A stretch of 63,127 bases of DNA, the filler included, from Reticulomyxa filosa (lineage: Eukaryota; Protista; Foraminifera): the NCBI GenBank assembly GCA_000512085.1. It is 15 parts of 15 records of this genome, joined end to end, with 100 filler letters (N's around TTAATTAATTAA, not from the genome) between each part and the next. Parts side by side here need not be neighbours in the genome. Positions count along the whole stretch, not along the records: positions 1 to 5,257 come from ASPP01012764.1; positions 5,358 to 19,495 come from ASPP01008746.1; 13 more parts are not named here. One strand, 5' to 3'. The notes beneath the pieces were generated by a model. It was not told the origin of the DNA, did not search any database, and was given only the letters and a program-made list of their open reading frames with translations. Below are positions 1-12,860 of the stretch, piece after piece. Position numbers and translations under genes: made by a program. Numbering within the stretch: the first letter of the stretch is position 1; every line of letters begins with the position of its first letter.

Positions 1-74
1 AAAAAAAAATATATAATGTGTGTTATATTCTATTTTTACTTTTTAAAAAGATGGAACAGCTCAAAACTCTTTTA

Positions 75-3000
75 TTATTTTTTGTATCTTTTGATAATTT
101 CTTTATCCCATTCTTTGCGTTTTTTGTCAAAGTTCTTTGGGTCAACTGTTAAAAAGATACTATAAACTTCCGAGTCACGGATCCATCCAATCGAGTGGCA
201 TTGCATTAAGAACAAATTTAATTCCTTTTTTCTTCGTTTCAAATAGCCTTGAGGCCAGTGAGACTTTGGCAGATAGTGCAAAAAAATACATCACAAAAGA
301 TATGACAAAAGAACAAAACAAAAATAATACATAAAAATACCTCAGGCAAATCTAATGGGAAATCTGGAACAGCATATTCTTTTTCTGCTTCCAATAACAA
401 CATTCGCCAAAGCCATTTGAAATATTTACTATCTCTTTCAATTTTCGTATTATTATACATCATTTCACACTATACCATATTGTTGTCATCAAAAAGTATG
501 ATCTGAAAATTTATTTACAAAACAAAGAAAAAAAGAGCAATATACAATCGGATATTTGTTGAAAAACCCTCCCCCGATTCGAATTTTTTCGACATAGGGA
601 AATTCGTTATCAAATTTAATGATCTGATAAGGTTTTCTTCGGGGATAATCATCGTCATCATCACCACGAGTTGTTTCACCTTTTGTTTCCATCTAATTTT
701 TTTTAAAAAATTTTTAATATGCTGTTTACAAAATATCAACTTTTTTTTGTTGTTGTTGAAAAAGTAACCTCCATTTCATTGCCCTGTGTCGTATCGATCG
801 GATTTTGAGGAGGTGCTTGTGCTTTGGCCTGATCGGGCGCGGGCTGTTTTTGTAATATGGTATCAACATCTTCTAATAACTCATCCAAGACATCCAGCAA
901 GGGTCCTTTGTCTGGCACGTGCTGATTTTCTTGGTATTTGATCTTATCAATACTCTCGCCAAGTTTTTGATGTGCTTCCATTAATTCTCCACTATTTAAG
1001 TCATTTGCTAAATCATCCAGTGGCGCACGCATGGTACGTAGATCGTTTTTTACTTTTTTTCGAAGAGGTATAATATTCAATTCGGCGTCGGTATCTTCTG
1101 TTTCATCTTTCAATTGTTGTAAATTTACTCGCAATTGCTTTAACACATCCACGTATTCTAATTCGCCTGCAGTCTTATCAGGATCTACATTTCATTTGTA
1201 AAAATAAAAAAAAAAGAATTATTGCCTACACTCGTAAGAAGATATAATATTAATCGAAACTTGAATTTTGTAGCTCCGCGATTCGATTGCCCATCATTTC
1301 AATATTTCTGTAAGCTTCTTCTAGTCGTTCTTTCAACTCCATATTTTCTTGCTGTTCTTCGTCCATTTCTACCCGCAGTTTTTCAATTTCGTCTTTCATT
1401 GGCTCCACTTCTTGCCGTACATATTGATATTGCTGTTCCCATTTTTCTTTTTCTTCACAAATTGCTTCAATTAGGTCTGGTAATGCCAAATTATCTTTAT
1501 TTATTTCGTGATTTTCCAACACTTGACGACTTTCCACGTATTCTTGCAAATGCAACTCTTTTTCGCGTTGTTCCTGTTCTTGTTGTTGCTGTCGTACTTG
1601 TCGTCTTCGTTGTTGCTCTTCGTCTTCTTCTTCTTCTTCCTCATTATCTTCTTCGACTTCTTCATCTTCCTCATCTTCGATCTCTGCTTCAGCCACGGCC
1701 GTTGTCAATGCATTATTTTGATTCAACACCATGTGTTGTGATTCGAATTGATATTTATCGTCATCGCCCGGTGCGAATGGCTGCAATGACTCTTCAGCAT
1801 TAACGTGTCGTCGAATATGGACATCGTCATTTATGATGGCTGCTCTTTCAATGACAATTGGTATGTGTTGAGTGTCAATGGTGAGCGACGTTTGTCTATA
1901 TTTTTGTGCGTAGGTTTTCATATAGGCAAAGGACTCCGGGTCGTCCACAATGGCACGAGTAAAGTCACGGCGCATTTGGCTCATGGTTGCGGCTGACCAC
2001 AGATTTTCTCTTTCCTTCTCTAATTCAGGGTGATTGCACGGATCTTTGAACAATCGTCGATAGTACTCGGCCATGGAATGGTTCAAAGAAATTTGAGTTG
2101 GATCCTTTCATATATGCATATATATACGTATATGTATATTTTTAACATTCCGCACGTGCTGCATGGATAATGTGCGTGTTTGAAAGAAGAGGGGGGGGGG
2201 GGCAAAAAAATATACATATATGTATATATGTCCCAATGAGGGAATTCTTCTGTCACTCAACATCTTCTCGTTCTGCCAACAATTGCATATATTCCCATTC
2301 CAAATCCATCAAGTTCAAAATGAATTCGCGCCGGTCTTCTTGAGGAATGTTTTTGTAGTATTGATCGAGTTCAATTGGCGGTATACTAAATATGGCTGCC
2401 ATTACTTGGTTTGGCTTTTGTTTGGATTTGTGTTTTGTCTTTTGCGGCTGATTCTTTCCAGCGTCACTGTCCGTGTTGCCATTGGGATTGGTGTCATCAC
2501 CGGGGAATTCATACCACATCATTCCATCTTGATATATGAAATTGAACCCGACTGGGAATATCTGTCCTCGCAATTGCTGTAAATCGATTTCTATGTGTTG
2601 AATAGCATCACTCAGCCTTTTGCATCGCTGTCGTGGCCCAATCCGGCATATTTTTTTGCTTCCTTGGTCTCATAATCATCAGCAGAGACTGTAGGAAGAG
2701 GCAAATAACTTCCGTCTCTTTCGCGAGTGTATACCTTTTCCTGTCGTGCTTCCCTTATCTTTTTTATTATATTTGTTCAAAGTAATAAACGATATGTATA
2801 TGCAATACATACATATACATATATAAATAGATATATTTTTTTTTTTGGAAGAACTGGTATAGGTTGTGGTACATCAGGATGAAGAAAAGACCAATACGTG
2901 TTTTTGATGTTCTGCAATTCACTTCCAATTTTCAATTGCTGTTCCAAAAACTGCAATTGGCTGATTTTGTTGGCAACAATGCTCATGTCTTCTTCAATAA

Positions 3001-5203
3001 CATCCAGCTGACTGTTGTATTCGTAATCTGCACATAAGTCAAGCAGCAATTGGCTCTCATATTTTACAGCTTCTTTGCACATTGTAATCATATTGTTGTC
3101 ATTCGTATTATTGGTATTGGTATTGGTATTGGTATTGGTATTGGTGTTGGATTTGGTTTCATTCGATTGACTTTGTTTTTCTTCATTGATTGCCAGTCTT
3201 TTTTTTTATTGTCTTTTAATGTCATAAAAGAGAGCTTCAATTCATACAATTGTTTGTGAAGCTCTTCCGCGGTGTCTTTCATGTAGTCAGCAACCACGTG
3301 ATAATGCAGTGGCGATAGCACACCCAGCCATGATTGAATTTGTTGGAAACGACTCCATATTTCACTGCTGTCGTCATAGTTGGTCATCCCAGCCAATGCT
3401 TTGACTTTTTCATTCGAAAATTCGCTTTGTTTGGTCGTCTTTGTGTGTTATAATATATGTAGATAAAATAGATAAGAAAGATGATGTTATGTGAATCACT
3501 CTTATTCTCTCCAATGGCTTTTAAAAATAAATAAATAAATAAATAAATAAAAAAAAAAGAACAAACAACAAAACTCTCAATCTGTCCAGTTCAGTCGTGG
3601 AAATATCGGCGGTCGTTTGAACGAGCGGTAATTTTTTGTCGATAAGGTTTAATACGATATCTTTTGTGTGGGCAATATCTTTGCCACAATTGAACGCGAG
3701 CAGATATTGGCAATTGGACTCTTCCAAATTCCATTTGATCACATCTTGACAATCTTTCATTGTGTTGCGACAATAAGTCAAGATATCTTGAATTTTTTCA
3801 ATGTCGTCTTCTTCTTCTTCTTCTCCTTTTTCTTCTTTCTTTTCCGTTGACTTATTGGCAGGGGCTGACTTCATCACAACTTTGTCTTTTTCATCTTGAT
3901 ATTGCAGCCAGTATTTGATTAAGCTTTCTTGGACTGACAAGCTGGAGTTTAAAGACGATTCTTCGCCATGTCGCTGATACATCTTTTTTGTTGCTCGTTC
4001 CAATTCGTCGCGATTGGTTTTCACCGTTTCATACAATTTGTCCAATTTTTTGTTCCATTCTTTTATCTTAAGTAGATTGCATTTATTTTTTTTTATTTTT
4101 TATTTTTTTATTTTTTTATTTTTTTGTTGATCGCATTGAAAAAGAGGAGAACACAAGGAGGGGGGGGGGAGGGGAGAAAAAAAAAAAAAAAAACAACTCA
4201 ACTTTTTGAAGTACTTTCTTTTGAGGCCTTCGTTTGAAAGTGTACAAATACTCTCCAATTTCTTGGATGGAAGCTTCCACGTCGACTTTTTCATTGACCA
4301 GGCCATCCCAAATTTCGTGCATCTTGCTCAAGAAATCTTCCTCCATTTTACATTTTTCAAACAAGGCTGAAATTTCATCTTTCAACGAAACGAGTTCCAA
4401 TTTATTCGGTTTCAAATTTGGCATTTGTTTTATCATAAACGTTTGTTGCGCACTCATTTGTCTGTCTTTTCCTTCCAACTGTGTTATACATGTATGTGTA
4501 TATGTATATTTATTTATATATATTATATACGTATACATCATCATCGCAACCATTTCCAAAAAAAAAAAAAAAAAAAAAGAAACACCAAACGGCTTTCTCC
4601 ACTAATGTGAGTTGAATATCTTTTAGACTTTCGCACAACTGCTTGGTTCTTCTTTCATCTGCTCGCAGTTCCCCTCTAGCTTCGCTTAAGTTTTCCAAGG
4701 CTTCTTCGACTTTGTTTTCCATTTCGACGAGTTGTTTCTAATTGTTATTTATTTGTTTGTTTGCAAATAGAGAAAGATTTTGAAGAAAGAGATAGAAACC
4801 AAACATGTTGCTCTTCAAAATTATGTGCATCTTCTCCCCATTGATCCATGACCGACCGGCACATGCCCAAACCACTTTGCAACTGCTTCAAGTGATTACT
4901 TTGATCATGCGCTCGAGTTTGCTCCGTAGCGACGCCGGTGAGATGCTCATCCACCAAGCCTTTCAACTTTTCCAGTCGACTGCGCACTTCTGTAAACACA
5001 GCTTCTTCGTTAGCAATTTCGGTGCTTTTTTCGTCGACTTCATTTTCAAGCGCGGAGACATCCTGCTCGAGTTGGTCAATCGTTGGGGACATTAACTTCT
5101 GCAAGTACAGTCGATCAAAGTCATTTAGTAACAGCGAAAGTTTTAAGTCGGGTTCGTCCATCCTTTCGGCAACAGATCGGATCAGTCCATGAAATTCGTT
5201 CAT
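75..5203 (-). CDS. Multi-exon long coiled-coil protein with a divergent C-terminal PX domain (sorting-nexin-like); open at both contig ends; could be more than one gene
   Basis: Chain of minus-strand E/Q/K/L-rich ORFs joinable by GT-AG introns (e.g. 693-768). Last exons read MVYSVK..IERDSKYFKWLWRMLL..PDFP..YLKRRKKELNLFLMQC..IRDSEVYSIFLT, matching PX spacing (RRYxxFxWL, PxxP, RRxxLxxFL, SxxFxxFL). One frameshift at the A9 run 3199-3207. Confidence 0.6.
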
Positions 5204-5222
5204 TAGTTCTTCTTCATTCTTT

Positions 5223-5257
<35 letters not shown>

Positions 5258-5357
5258 NNNNNNNNNNNNNNNNNNNNNNNNNNNNNNNNNNNNNNNNNNN
5301 NTTAATTAATTAANNNNNNNNNNNNNNNNNNNNNNNNNNNNNNNNNNNNNNNNNNNN
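5258..5357. other. Artificial contig spacer N44-TTAATTAATTAA-N44
   Basis: Identical 100-nt linker with stops in all six frames; occurs 14 times. Confidence 0.98.
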
Positions 5358-5399
5358 AAAAAAAAGGAATAATTAACATTGAATTGTGTTTTGACATTA

Positions 5400-6298
5400 T
5401 TATATTGTCCTTTTTTGTGCCTTTTCTTTCATTCGAGTCAAAAACATTGGCCTCGTAACCAATTGAGTGTATTGTGGAGAGGTGTCCAAGTGATACAAAT
5501 ATTGAGTGGCGGAATCCATTTGGAACATGTCATCCAACAGTTCCATGATCAAGTGATGGTCCGCATTGACACTCGAGTCTTTCACAATGTTATTGTCATC
5601 CGTTATTGTTTTCATTGCCTCCATATACTTTTCTTCACTCGCTTTCGTTTCCGTCGTTGTCTCCATTATTGTTGTTGTCGTCCGAACTGCGCCAGCAACG
5701 CGCGTCTACCGTTTTACATTTTTCAAACAAACATAAACTATCTCTCTTATCTACACAAAAATAGAAGAGCAATCAACTGTGTTTCCATTTGAATCCATTT
5801 TTTCTACCGCTTGTTTCTTGATTGGTGGTACCTGTTGCTCCAAACATCCAATTTTTTTTTTTTTTTTTTATTTTTTTTTTGTTTCTTTGAAGGAACATTG
5901 AACAAAGAACCTTTCTTAAATAGAGCGACAAAACAAACAAACACTACTGTAACTGTTGATAAATCAAGTTTTGGAGAATCTGGCGTTTTGCGCTTTCGTT
6001 GTAATGATATGGTAAATGTATTGCGCAATGGCTTTTGTCGCTATGATATTAATAACAACCGATTGGCTACACGCATCACCCCAAAACGAAACAACATAAA
6101 AGAAATTCTTTCTCTTTCATACTAAACTTGATTTATGCTCACTTGTCCCGATACTTGATCGGACGGGGTCATAACTGCTTTGTCATTTTCACAAATCCCT
6201 TTTCCTTGTCGCGGAGGATTTTTGGTTGTGCTATTTCCCTCAGTACTCTCGCGATCAGGAACACCTTTTTGGGAATGTGAATTTGATGGCGTTGTCAT
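5400..6298 (-). CDS. Multi-exon protein with a divergent bromodomain-like region (3' truncated at contig edge)
   Basis: ATG at 6298 opens MTTPSNSHSQKG..; the last exon reads LLDDMFQMDSATQYLYHLDTSPQYTQLVTRPMFLTRMKEKA, resembling the bromodomain ZA-loop PDYxxIIxxPMDLxxIxxK. Confidence 0.5.
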
Positions 6299-7785
6299 GA
6301 GCGGTATTATTTTCCCTCCAAAATGGGAAAATTAAGCGATCGTTCAAAAAAAAGTTGTAGGATGGAATGCTGCTTATTTGAATTATAACCAGTGTTAAAA
6401 TAAAATTAATTTGAAAAACAGCTCCTTGCAATTTTTTTCGCATAACGCGAACTTGTCGACACATTTTTAAATTCTCTCAGAACATGTATCTGGATAAATT
6501 TGATAAAAAACGTATTCAAATCCATTACATCAGTGCCCAAAGTCATTTTTTTTTAACACATCTTCAAGAAATCAATATCCGCTTAAAACGTGAAAAAAGC
6601 GATCAGTATTATAAATTATTTGTCATTGTACAGAATTAGCTTGAATTTTAAAATATTTGCATTTTAAATATTCACTGCGTCTAGAATGTGCGAATTAAAA
6701 AATTTTAACTTACAATTTTATGAGCATAACTAAGTTTTAATGTAAACAATGTAAATTATGTTGGCTTAAAAAAAGTAAAAAAATTCGTGCATAAACTTTA
6801 TTTCCTGTAGATCACGTATTTTTTTAAAAAATGCGTTGAATGTATTGTTTATGAGTTATTTTGTTCTAAAAAGCATTTTAAAAGATTTTTTATTCAAAAT
6901 GACAGTATTAAATATTTGTATTGATATCATTATATAGTTTTTTCGTTTAGTAATATTTGCAATATTTCTATTTTAGATAATATCTAAAATGAATTCGCTT
7001 TCTTTTTATGTATATTTTTATTTTATTTTATTTTTTCGGTATTGTCAAAGCTTCCTTGTTTACTGCACTTGTATCGTTGTAACTATTGCTTTGTTCATTA
7101 AAACAAACATAATTAAAAACGAAATATTTATCTTGCTGCAAAAAAAAGAAATTTATAGAAATACGCGCAAAAAACTCAGTTTGCGAATTATCGTAAAAAA
7201 AAAGTAAAATTCACAATAATTGATGTTTTTCATACATTTTACAAAGTAAACAAAGAATTATATTAATGTGACATTAACTGATAAATGTTTCCAATGCAGA
7301 TTACAAAAATAATAACATTAAAAACAATGGTCGTATAATTACTTTATTTGTTAAATTATAGTCAATTTGTAGTATTTAAGCACAAATAATACTAACCTCT
7401 CATTGTTTGCCTTGTTTTTCACCATCACTTACGTTGGTTTTTTATTCTATGACTGTATCATTTTTGTTGCAATGAAACATCTAAAAAAATCTCTGCAAAA
7501 ACGAACATAAATACAAACTTTTGCTCCAGGCAGAATAATTTATCTCTTGGTACAAATTAGAATTATCTTTCTATTGTTTGAAAGTGTCTGATTGTCTCGA
7601 CTTCAGCCAGTTTTTGTACAAGTTTTTTCAATATATGGACAAATACAGATTTCAACTCGGTTTTAAAAAACAAAAGTGTCTCCTTTACACAACTTTTTCC
7701 ATCTTCAAGGGTAATTTGTAGCATTTTTGAGAAGTATAATTCATTTTCATTTTGTTGATCTGGCTTTTCGTAGTTCCATAACATT

Positions 7786-10700
7786 ATGTCCGGCTATGAC
7801 AGTGACACAGAAAAAATAAAGCTTCTTCGTGAAAAATGCAATTATGACGTAAGCAACCTATTTATTTGAGAGAAAAAGAGCGAAAAAATTGATTCATAAT
7901 TTTCACTCTCCTTGAAATGTTCATTTCGTATGTAAAAAAAAATGTAATAGTTGTTAAAATCAGAAGAAGACTACGTAAACACACTGGAAGTAATTGTAAA
8001 GAATGTGTTCAAACCGTTGCATCAAAATAGCGATAGACTTGGGATAAAACCACAACATGTTAATCATTCTGAAAAGAACAAAAAAAAGTGTTATTTTTTT
8101 TTATTTTGAAGATATTTGCATAACAAGTGTACATAGAGTGAATATAATAACATATGCAAATATGCATATCCATATGTACAATAACATATATCATATATGT
8201 AAACATATTTATTGTACATATCGATATATGGCTATATACAGCACAGTGTATTATATATATATAAACATATTTGTATACATGTAAGAAATATTACAAATTG
8301 CATTTTTTTTTTTTTTTGAGAGGATATCTCGCAATGACAAACATTTTAAATTGCTCTGTGCAACACAGGTGCAATTCGTATTTATGTTCTTGGAACACAT
8401 GTTTCAATTTCATTTGAATTTTTTATCAGTAATCCGAGACGCGTTTAATATTGTTCCGGATTTTCACAAATACAGTAACTTTGTGCAAATGTACGAAGAC
8501 TACTTGACTAAATTTGACAATGTACTGAAGGTGTTCGCAGAATGGAAGTCAATTGAGTTTCGGTCTTTTATGAATTTGAGATTGGAAAATGAAAATGTAA
8601 AAAAGCACATGGAAGCTCCGATGCTATGCATGCTGCCATGGTTCGCTTTGTGCTCTATGTTTGTGTGAGAGTGAGAAAGGAGGAGAGGGGAAAGGGAAAA
8701 GAGGAAAGAGGAGAGGTCCTCTGTGCTCTCTGTTTTTATTTGTTTTTATAAACGGTGAAAGTGATGCTAGAGGGGTGGGTGAATGTGATTAGGTATTTGT
8801 ACAATCCATTTGAGCGATTGAAGGTGTACTACAAATTTCTGCGCGATTTGGACACTTTGTCCAAAGAAGGAGACGAAGATAAGGTCTTTTTGGATCAATG
8901 TTTGGCCAAATTTAAAAAAGTGTATCAAAACATCAAGCGCAGTTAAATGGATACTCTGCAGTGACCAAACCTACATTTTTGAATGGGCTTACAACTACGT
9001 ACAAACACAATATTTAAAAATAAAAAAGATGAAAAGCGATTGCAAGTCAAAATTAAACTGTTAGAAGTCCAATTGCAAATCCATGGAAATTATAAAACGA
9101 TTGTCAAAGACGATAGGTTTTTCATTAGTTTAATTTTTGTTTTGCTTATCTATCCTATGTGTTATTTATGCACATACTCATACATATGTATATAAATAAA
9201 GTGTTTTTCTTATGTCAAAGGGATGAGTCAGTCCAAAACAACACTCACACGACTTTTACCCTTGTCTGACATTCCTTAATGTTGATATGCAATACATATT
9301 GAAAACAGTGTCGAAACCATGCCAAATGCGACGCCTAGTATTCCACAAGAAATACAAACGTATAACTATTCATTTGTTTAGTGATCTTTTTGTATGGGTG
9401 TCTGTGCGAGGCAAGTATAAGGGAAGCTATTCTTTGTATAATCGCGAGTTGCAAATTGAAAAGTCGGGATCACCTGGTTCTGGAGAATTCTCCATTGGCT
9501 TGGCTTCCGAAAAGACAAAACGATTGGTTGTATGTGCAAATGATGGTCCGTCGACTTTTTTTTTTTTTCCAAATCAAATATATTGTATATTTATATATAC
9601 ACATATACATATATATTTATGTATATGCATAAAGAGCAACGAGATGCGATTATGGAGAAAATTGTGGATGCTTTTCGAAAGTGCCAGGAACGTGCCCAAA
9701 ATGCAACGTATGTTTCCGATGTTGTTTTTTTTTTTTTTGGATTGAAAGTGTGTACGTGTATTCTTGTTTCATGCAATGATATACAACCAAGCAACGAAGA
9801 GCAAGAACAATATGAAGAAATTGCAACGATGGATACGCAACCGGGAGCCGAAGTGTCACAATCCAGCGCCAATACATTTGATGCAAGAGAGCTTTCTGTT
9901 TCAATGTCAAACTCTGAAGCCGAACGTTCGACTCAGAAGCAACAGCCTTTACCTCTGCCTCCCTCTTCAGTTAACTTTCTCCGTGTAGTGTCACTTTGAT
10001 TTAATGTGACAATCAACACTTGGTTATTTTTTTTTTTTTTTTTACACAGTTGGAAAAGATTCCGGAAAAATCTCGTAAGTTTCCCTTTTTTTTTTTTATC
10101 TGCTTAAGCCACAATGGTCAATGCAAAGTACTTGTCTATTTTTTTTTGTTCTCTTTGCTTTTCTTTTTGTTGGGATGGATGGAAAACAGCCACGGATGAC
10201 ATGAAAACAAATGGACAAGACGCACACAACACAAAATCCGAAAAACCCAGCAAATCACCGCTGTCACCAAAAAATGCAAAAATAACCTTTGTCCTCCCCG
10301 ATTCAGTTCCATTGAAAAAAACCTTGTTTACGTCATTCTTTTTTTGTTGTAACAAGAAGTGTACACACCCTACACGTCATTTAATTCAAGAGAGTAGCGC
10401 ACGTGCTTGTCTTGACACTCTGCGAATTGGAAATAAAGGGTGAACAAAGTAAAACTAGATTTAAACCAATTATCTTAAAGACAAATGGATGGGATGGGGG
10501 GAAAAAAATGTATAGAAAGACGACGTAAAAATCAACGAGACGAAAGAGGAAGAACCATCCACAAGTGTGACGTTGAACTCGACCAGGTCTATGAGAAAAG
10601 ACAAAGGCAAACGGCCGGCATCGCATTCCACACGCGAAGGTGTAAAGGCGCGCCATCAGAGGAATGAACCGAAACCTCGAAGCAACAATGCCAGTGGCGA

Positions 10701-11521
10701 GGACATAAAAACGCCGAAATCAAATGAAATGAGCAAGAGCAACGTAACATCGCCAAAGGGTATTGAGATCAGGATCACTAGCAATAGCAATACGAACTCT
10801 AATTCCAACAGTAATGCTAATGCTAATATTAATAACAATGTCAATGACAATAACAATAACAATAACAATAACAATAACAATAACAATATCAACAATATGG
10901 CCAGCATTTACAATAGCAATGGCAACAATACCGCGAGTAATCATAACAACAACTACAATTATAACAGCAACTTTGACAACAATACGAATACTGCTATCTC
11001 CTCCGTTGCCAATGAAACGATGGGGTATCATGTCGAAAAACAGAATGATGAAGATCCCAGAAAATTAGTAAAGGAGCTCAGCCAGACAATCCAAGAGTTG
11101 CAGGAATTATTGAACAAAAAGGACGATCATATCAAAACGTTAGAAATGAGTAATTTGAGCATTCGAAATACTTTATTGATGACTCAACGACAGTATACCA
11201 AACTTCAGCAAGAATATGACACCTTGGTCAAACGACTGCCTCCTCGAACTCAATCAATAGGTTTGATATTTGTTATTGCGTTTGTGTGAGCGATTTAGAT
11301 CTTTAAATACACATGCATGTGTGATAAAATTTAGAATACGTATATATTGTTTCATTTCTTGTTTTCTAGGAAAATTCGAAACAATACCCTATGCTGTGAG
11401 CAAAATGGATTCCTCAGAGACAAATAGTAATCCGGAAAAATCGGGTCGAAGGTCGGAACCTGTGCGACGAACTTTGCAGCGCTCACAAACACAAAATTAT
11501 TATTCGTTATTCAAGCAATAA
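7786..11521 (+). CDS. Dbl-family Rho guanine nucleotide exchange factor (DH-PH) with an Asn-rich region and C-terminal coiled coil
   Basis: Spliced exons give LLKSEEDYVNTLEVI (DH CR1), MYEDYLTKFD, YLYNPFERLKVYYKFLRDL..D (CR3), then PH-type IHLFSDLFVWV; poly-Asn 10790-10990; coiled coil 11050-11230; TAA at 11521. Confidence 0.85.
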
Positions 11522-12025
11522 ATATTCCATCACTTTTTTTTTTCCCCATAATTCAAGGAAATTAATTGTATAAAAAGAAACCAATCCGTGTTTCTTCTTT
11601 TCCTTGTTTCTTTTTTTTTGTGCTGGCATTTCTATTTCACTTGTATCTACTTTCTTTTTTTATCAGAGTTTGTTTTTTCTTACCCGTGCAAGTCCTAAAG
11701 AATTTATGTAAACTATCGTCTTCTTCTGTTCAGTACCACTTTTGTATAATTCAAAATGTTTTTGCAACAAAGTACTTTCAACAACGAACTTTTTGTTTTC
11801 AAGCCAAAAAAAGGGCGCCTACCCAATTTTGGAACATTGAAATTTGTTATTTTCTTTTTTTATTGTCAACTTAAGGTAGGTGTCATATGTTCGCGTAGAG
11901 TGTTCTTTTTAATGTTTAATCCCCTAAATGTTCCTTAGTGTGAAAGCAAAAAAGTAGGAATATTCCGTTTTACAAGAGTAAAGCAAAAAAATTGTGCGGT
12001 TTTTTTTTTTACTTTAGGTAAACCG

Positions 12026-12310
12026 ATGGTGCTGCAATTATCAAGACGAATTCCATCATACGGAACACGCTCAGTACAAAGACAGAATTTGTTAACCAGC
12101 GCGAAAAGATTCAGCCACGGACCGCCAACCAGATATGGTGACACTCACGCGTGGGGTACTATGGTGTGGCTCCCACATAAAGCATTTTTCGCTGTAATCA
12201 GCGGGTCATTTGTTGGTCTGTATGGAATTACATGGTATTCAAAATGGGATGATGTTCCTTTTCCAACATACCGATATAATCAAGAGTCGAACATGGGCAG
12301 AAATTGGTAG
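12026..12310 (+). CDS. Small intronless single-pass membrane protein with a mitochondrial presequence (candidate respiratory-complex accessory subunit)
   Basis: 94 aa; Arg/Ser-rich N-terminus with no acidic residues, ending KRF|SHG; one hydrophobic helix AFFAVISGSFVGLYGITWY; GC-richer than its flanks. Confidence 0.6.
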   Translation: MVLQLSRRIPSYGTRSVQRQNLLTSAKRFSHGPPTRYGDTHAWGTMVWLPHKAFFAVISGSFVGLYGITWYSKWDDVPFPTYRYNQESNMGRNW

Positions 12311-12860
12311 AGGGAAGGTTGACAAACTAAAGTTCCAAATAACACCAACAAACAGGAATCAAAATTTTTTACAAGTTTTGGTTGCTTTTTTATAAAGACC
12401 CTTTTGTTGTGTGTTAAATTTCTTGTCGTTTTTTTTTTTAAACGCTTCCGGTGTGGAAAGCCTTGTGAAATTGGCTTTTGAAAAGAAAAGTGTTACTTAG
12501 ACACCTTTTGCAACGAACAATAGGATAAAAAATACCAATATCAGTTTCATTTTCCTAATTAAATTTGGGACGCTGCTTATCTCCCTTTTAAAAAACTGAC
12601 TTTTCAAGAGTTTTTTTTGTGATAAGTATCAAAAGTTAGAAATATTTGGCATGTGTCGCCCTTGGGTCGCACTTTCTAATAATTTTTCAAGAATGAACAA
12701 TTTGAATCACATGCCATCGGCACGTAAGAGGTTTTAATGATCTTTTTTAAAAACTTTTTTTGCACAATTTTGCTCGCTTTCTAGTTTGTCCTTGTGAACA
12801 CGTGTACCTAACAAAAAAGGTTTAGGGAACGACAAAAACTTTGCAGTAAGACTGATACCC

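Noticed and set aside
1222-1803. Long antisense ORFs (also 35631-36521, 40374-41075, 48490-49038, 61974-62768)
   Set aside because: Shadows of low-complexity coding sequence on the opposite strand; no motifs.
3088-3200. PIPIPI repeat protein
   Set aside because: Wrong frame after the A9 run; the likely true frame reads NTNTNT and joins ORF 2777-3091.
5258-5357. TTAATTAATTAA flanked by Ns, 14 copies, as a biological repeat or CRISPR-like array
   Set aside because: Exactly 100 nt each with six-frame stops: a synthetic contig linker. Synteny across linkers was ignored.
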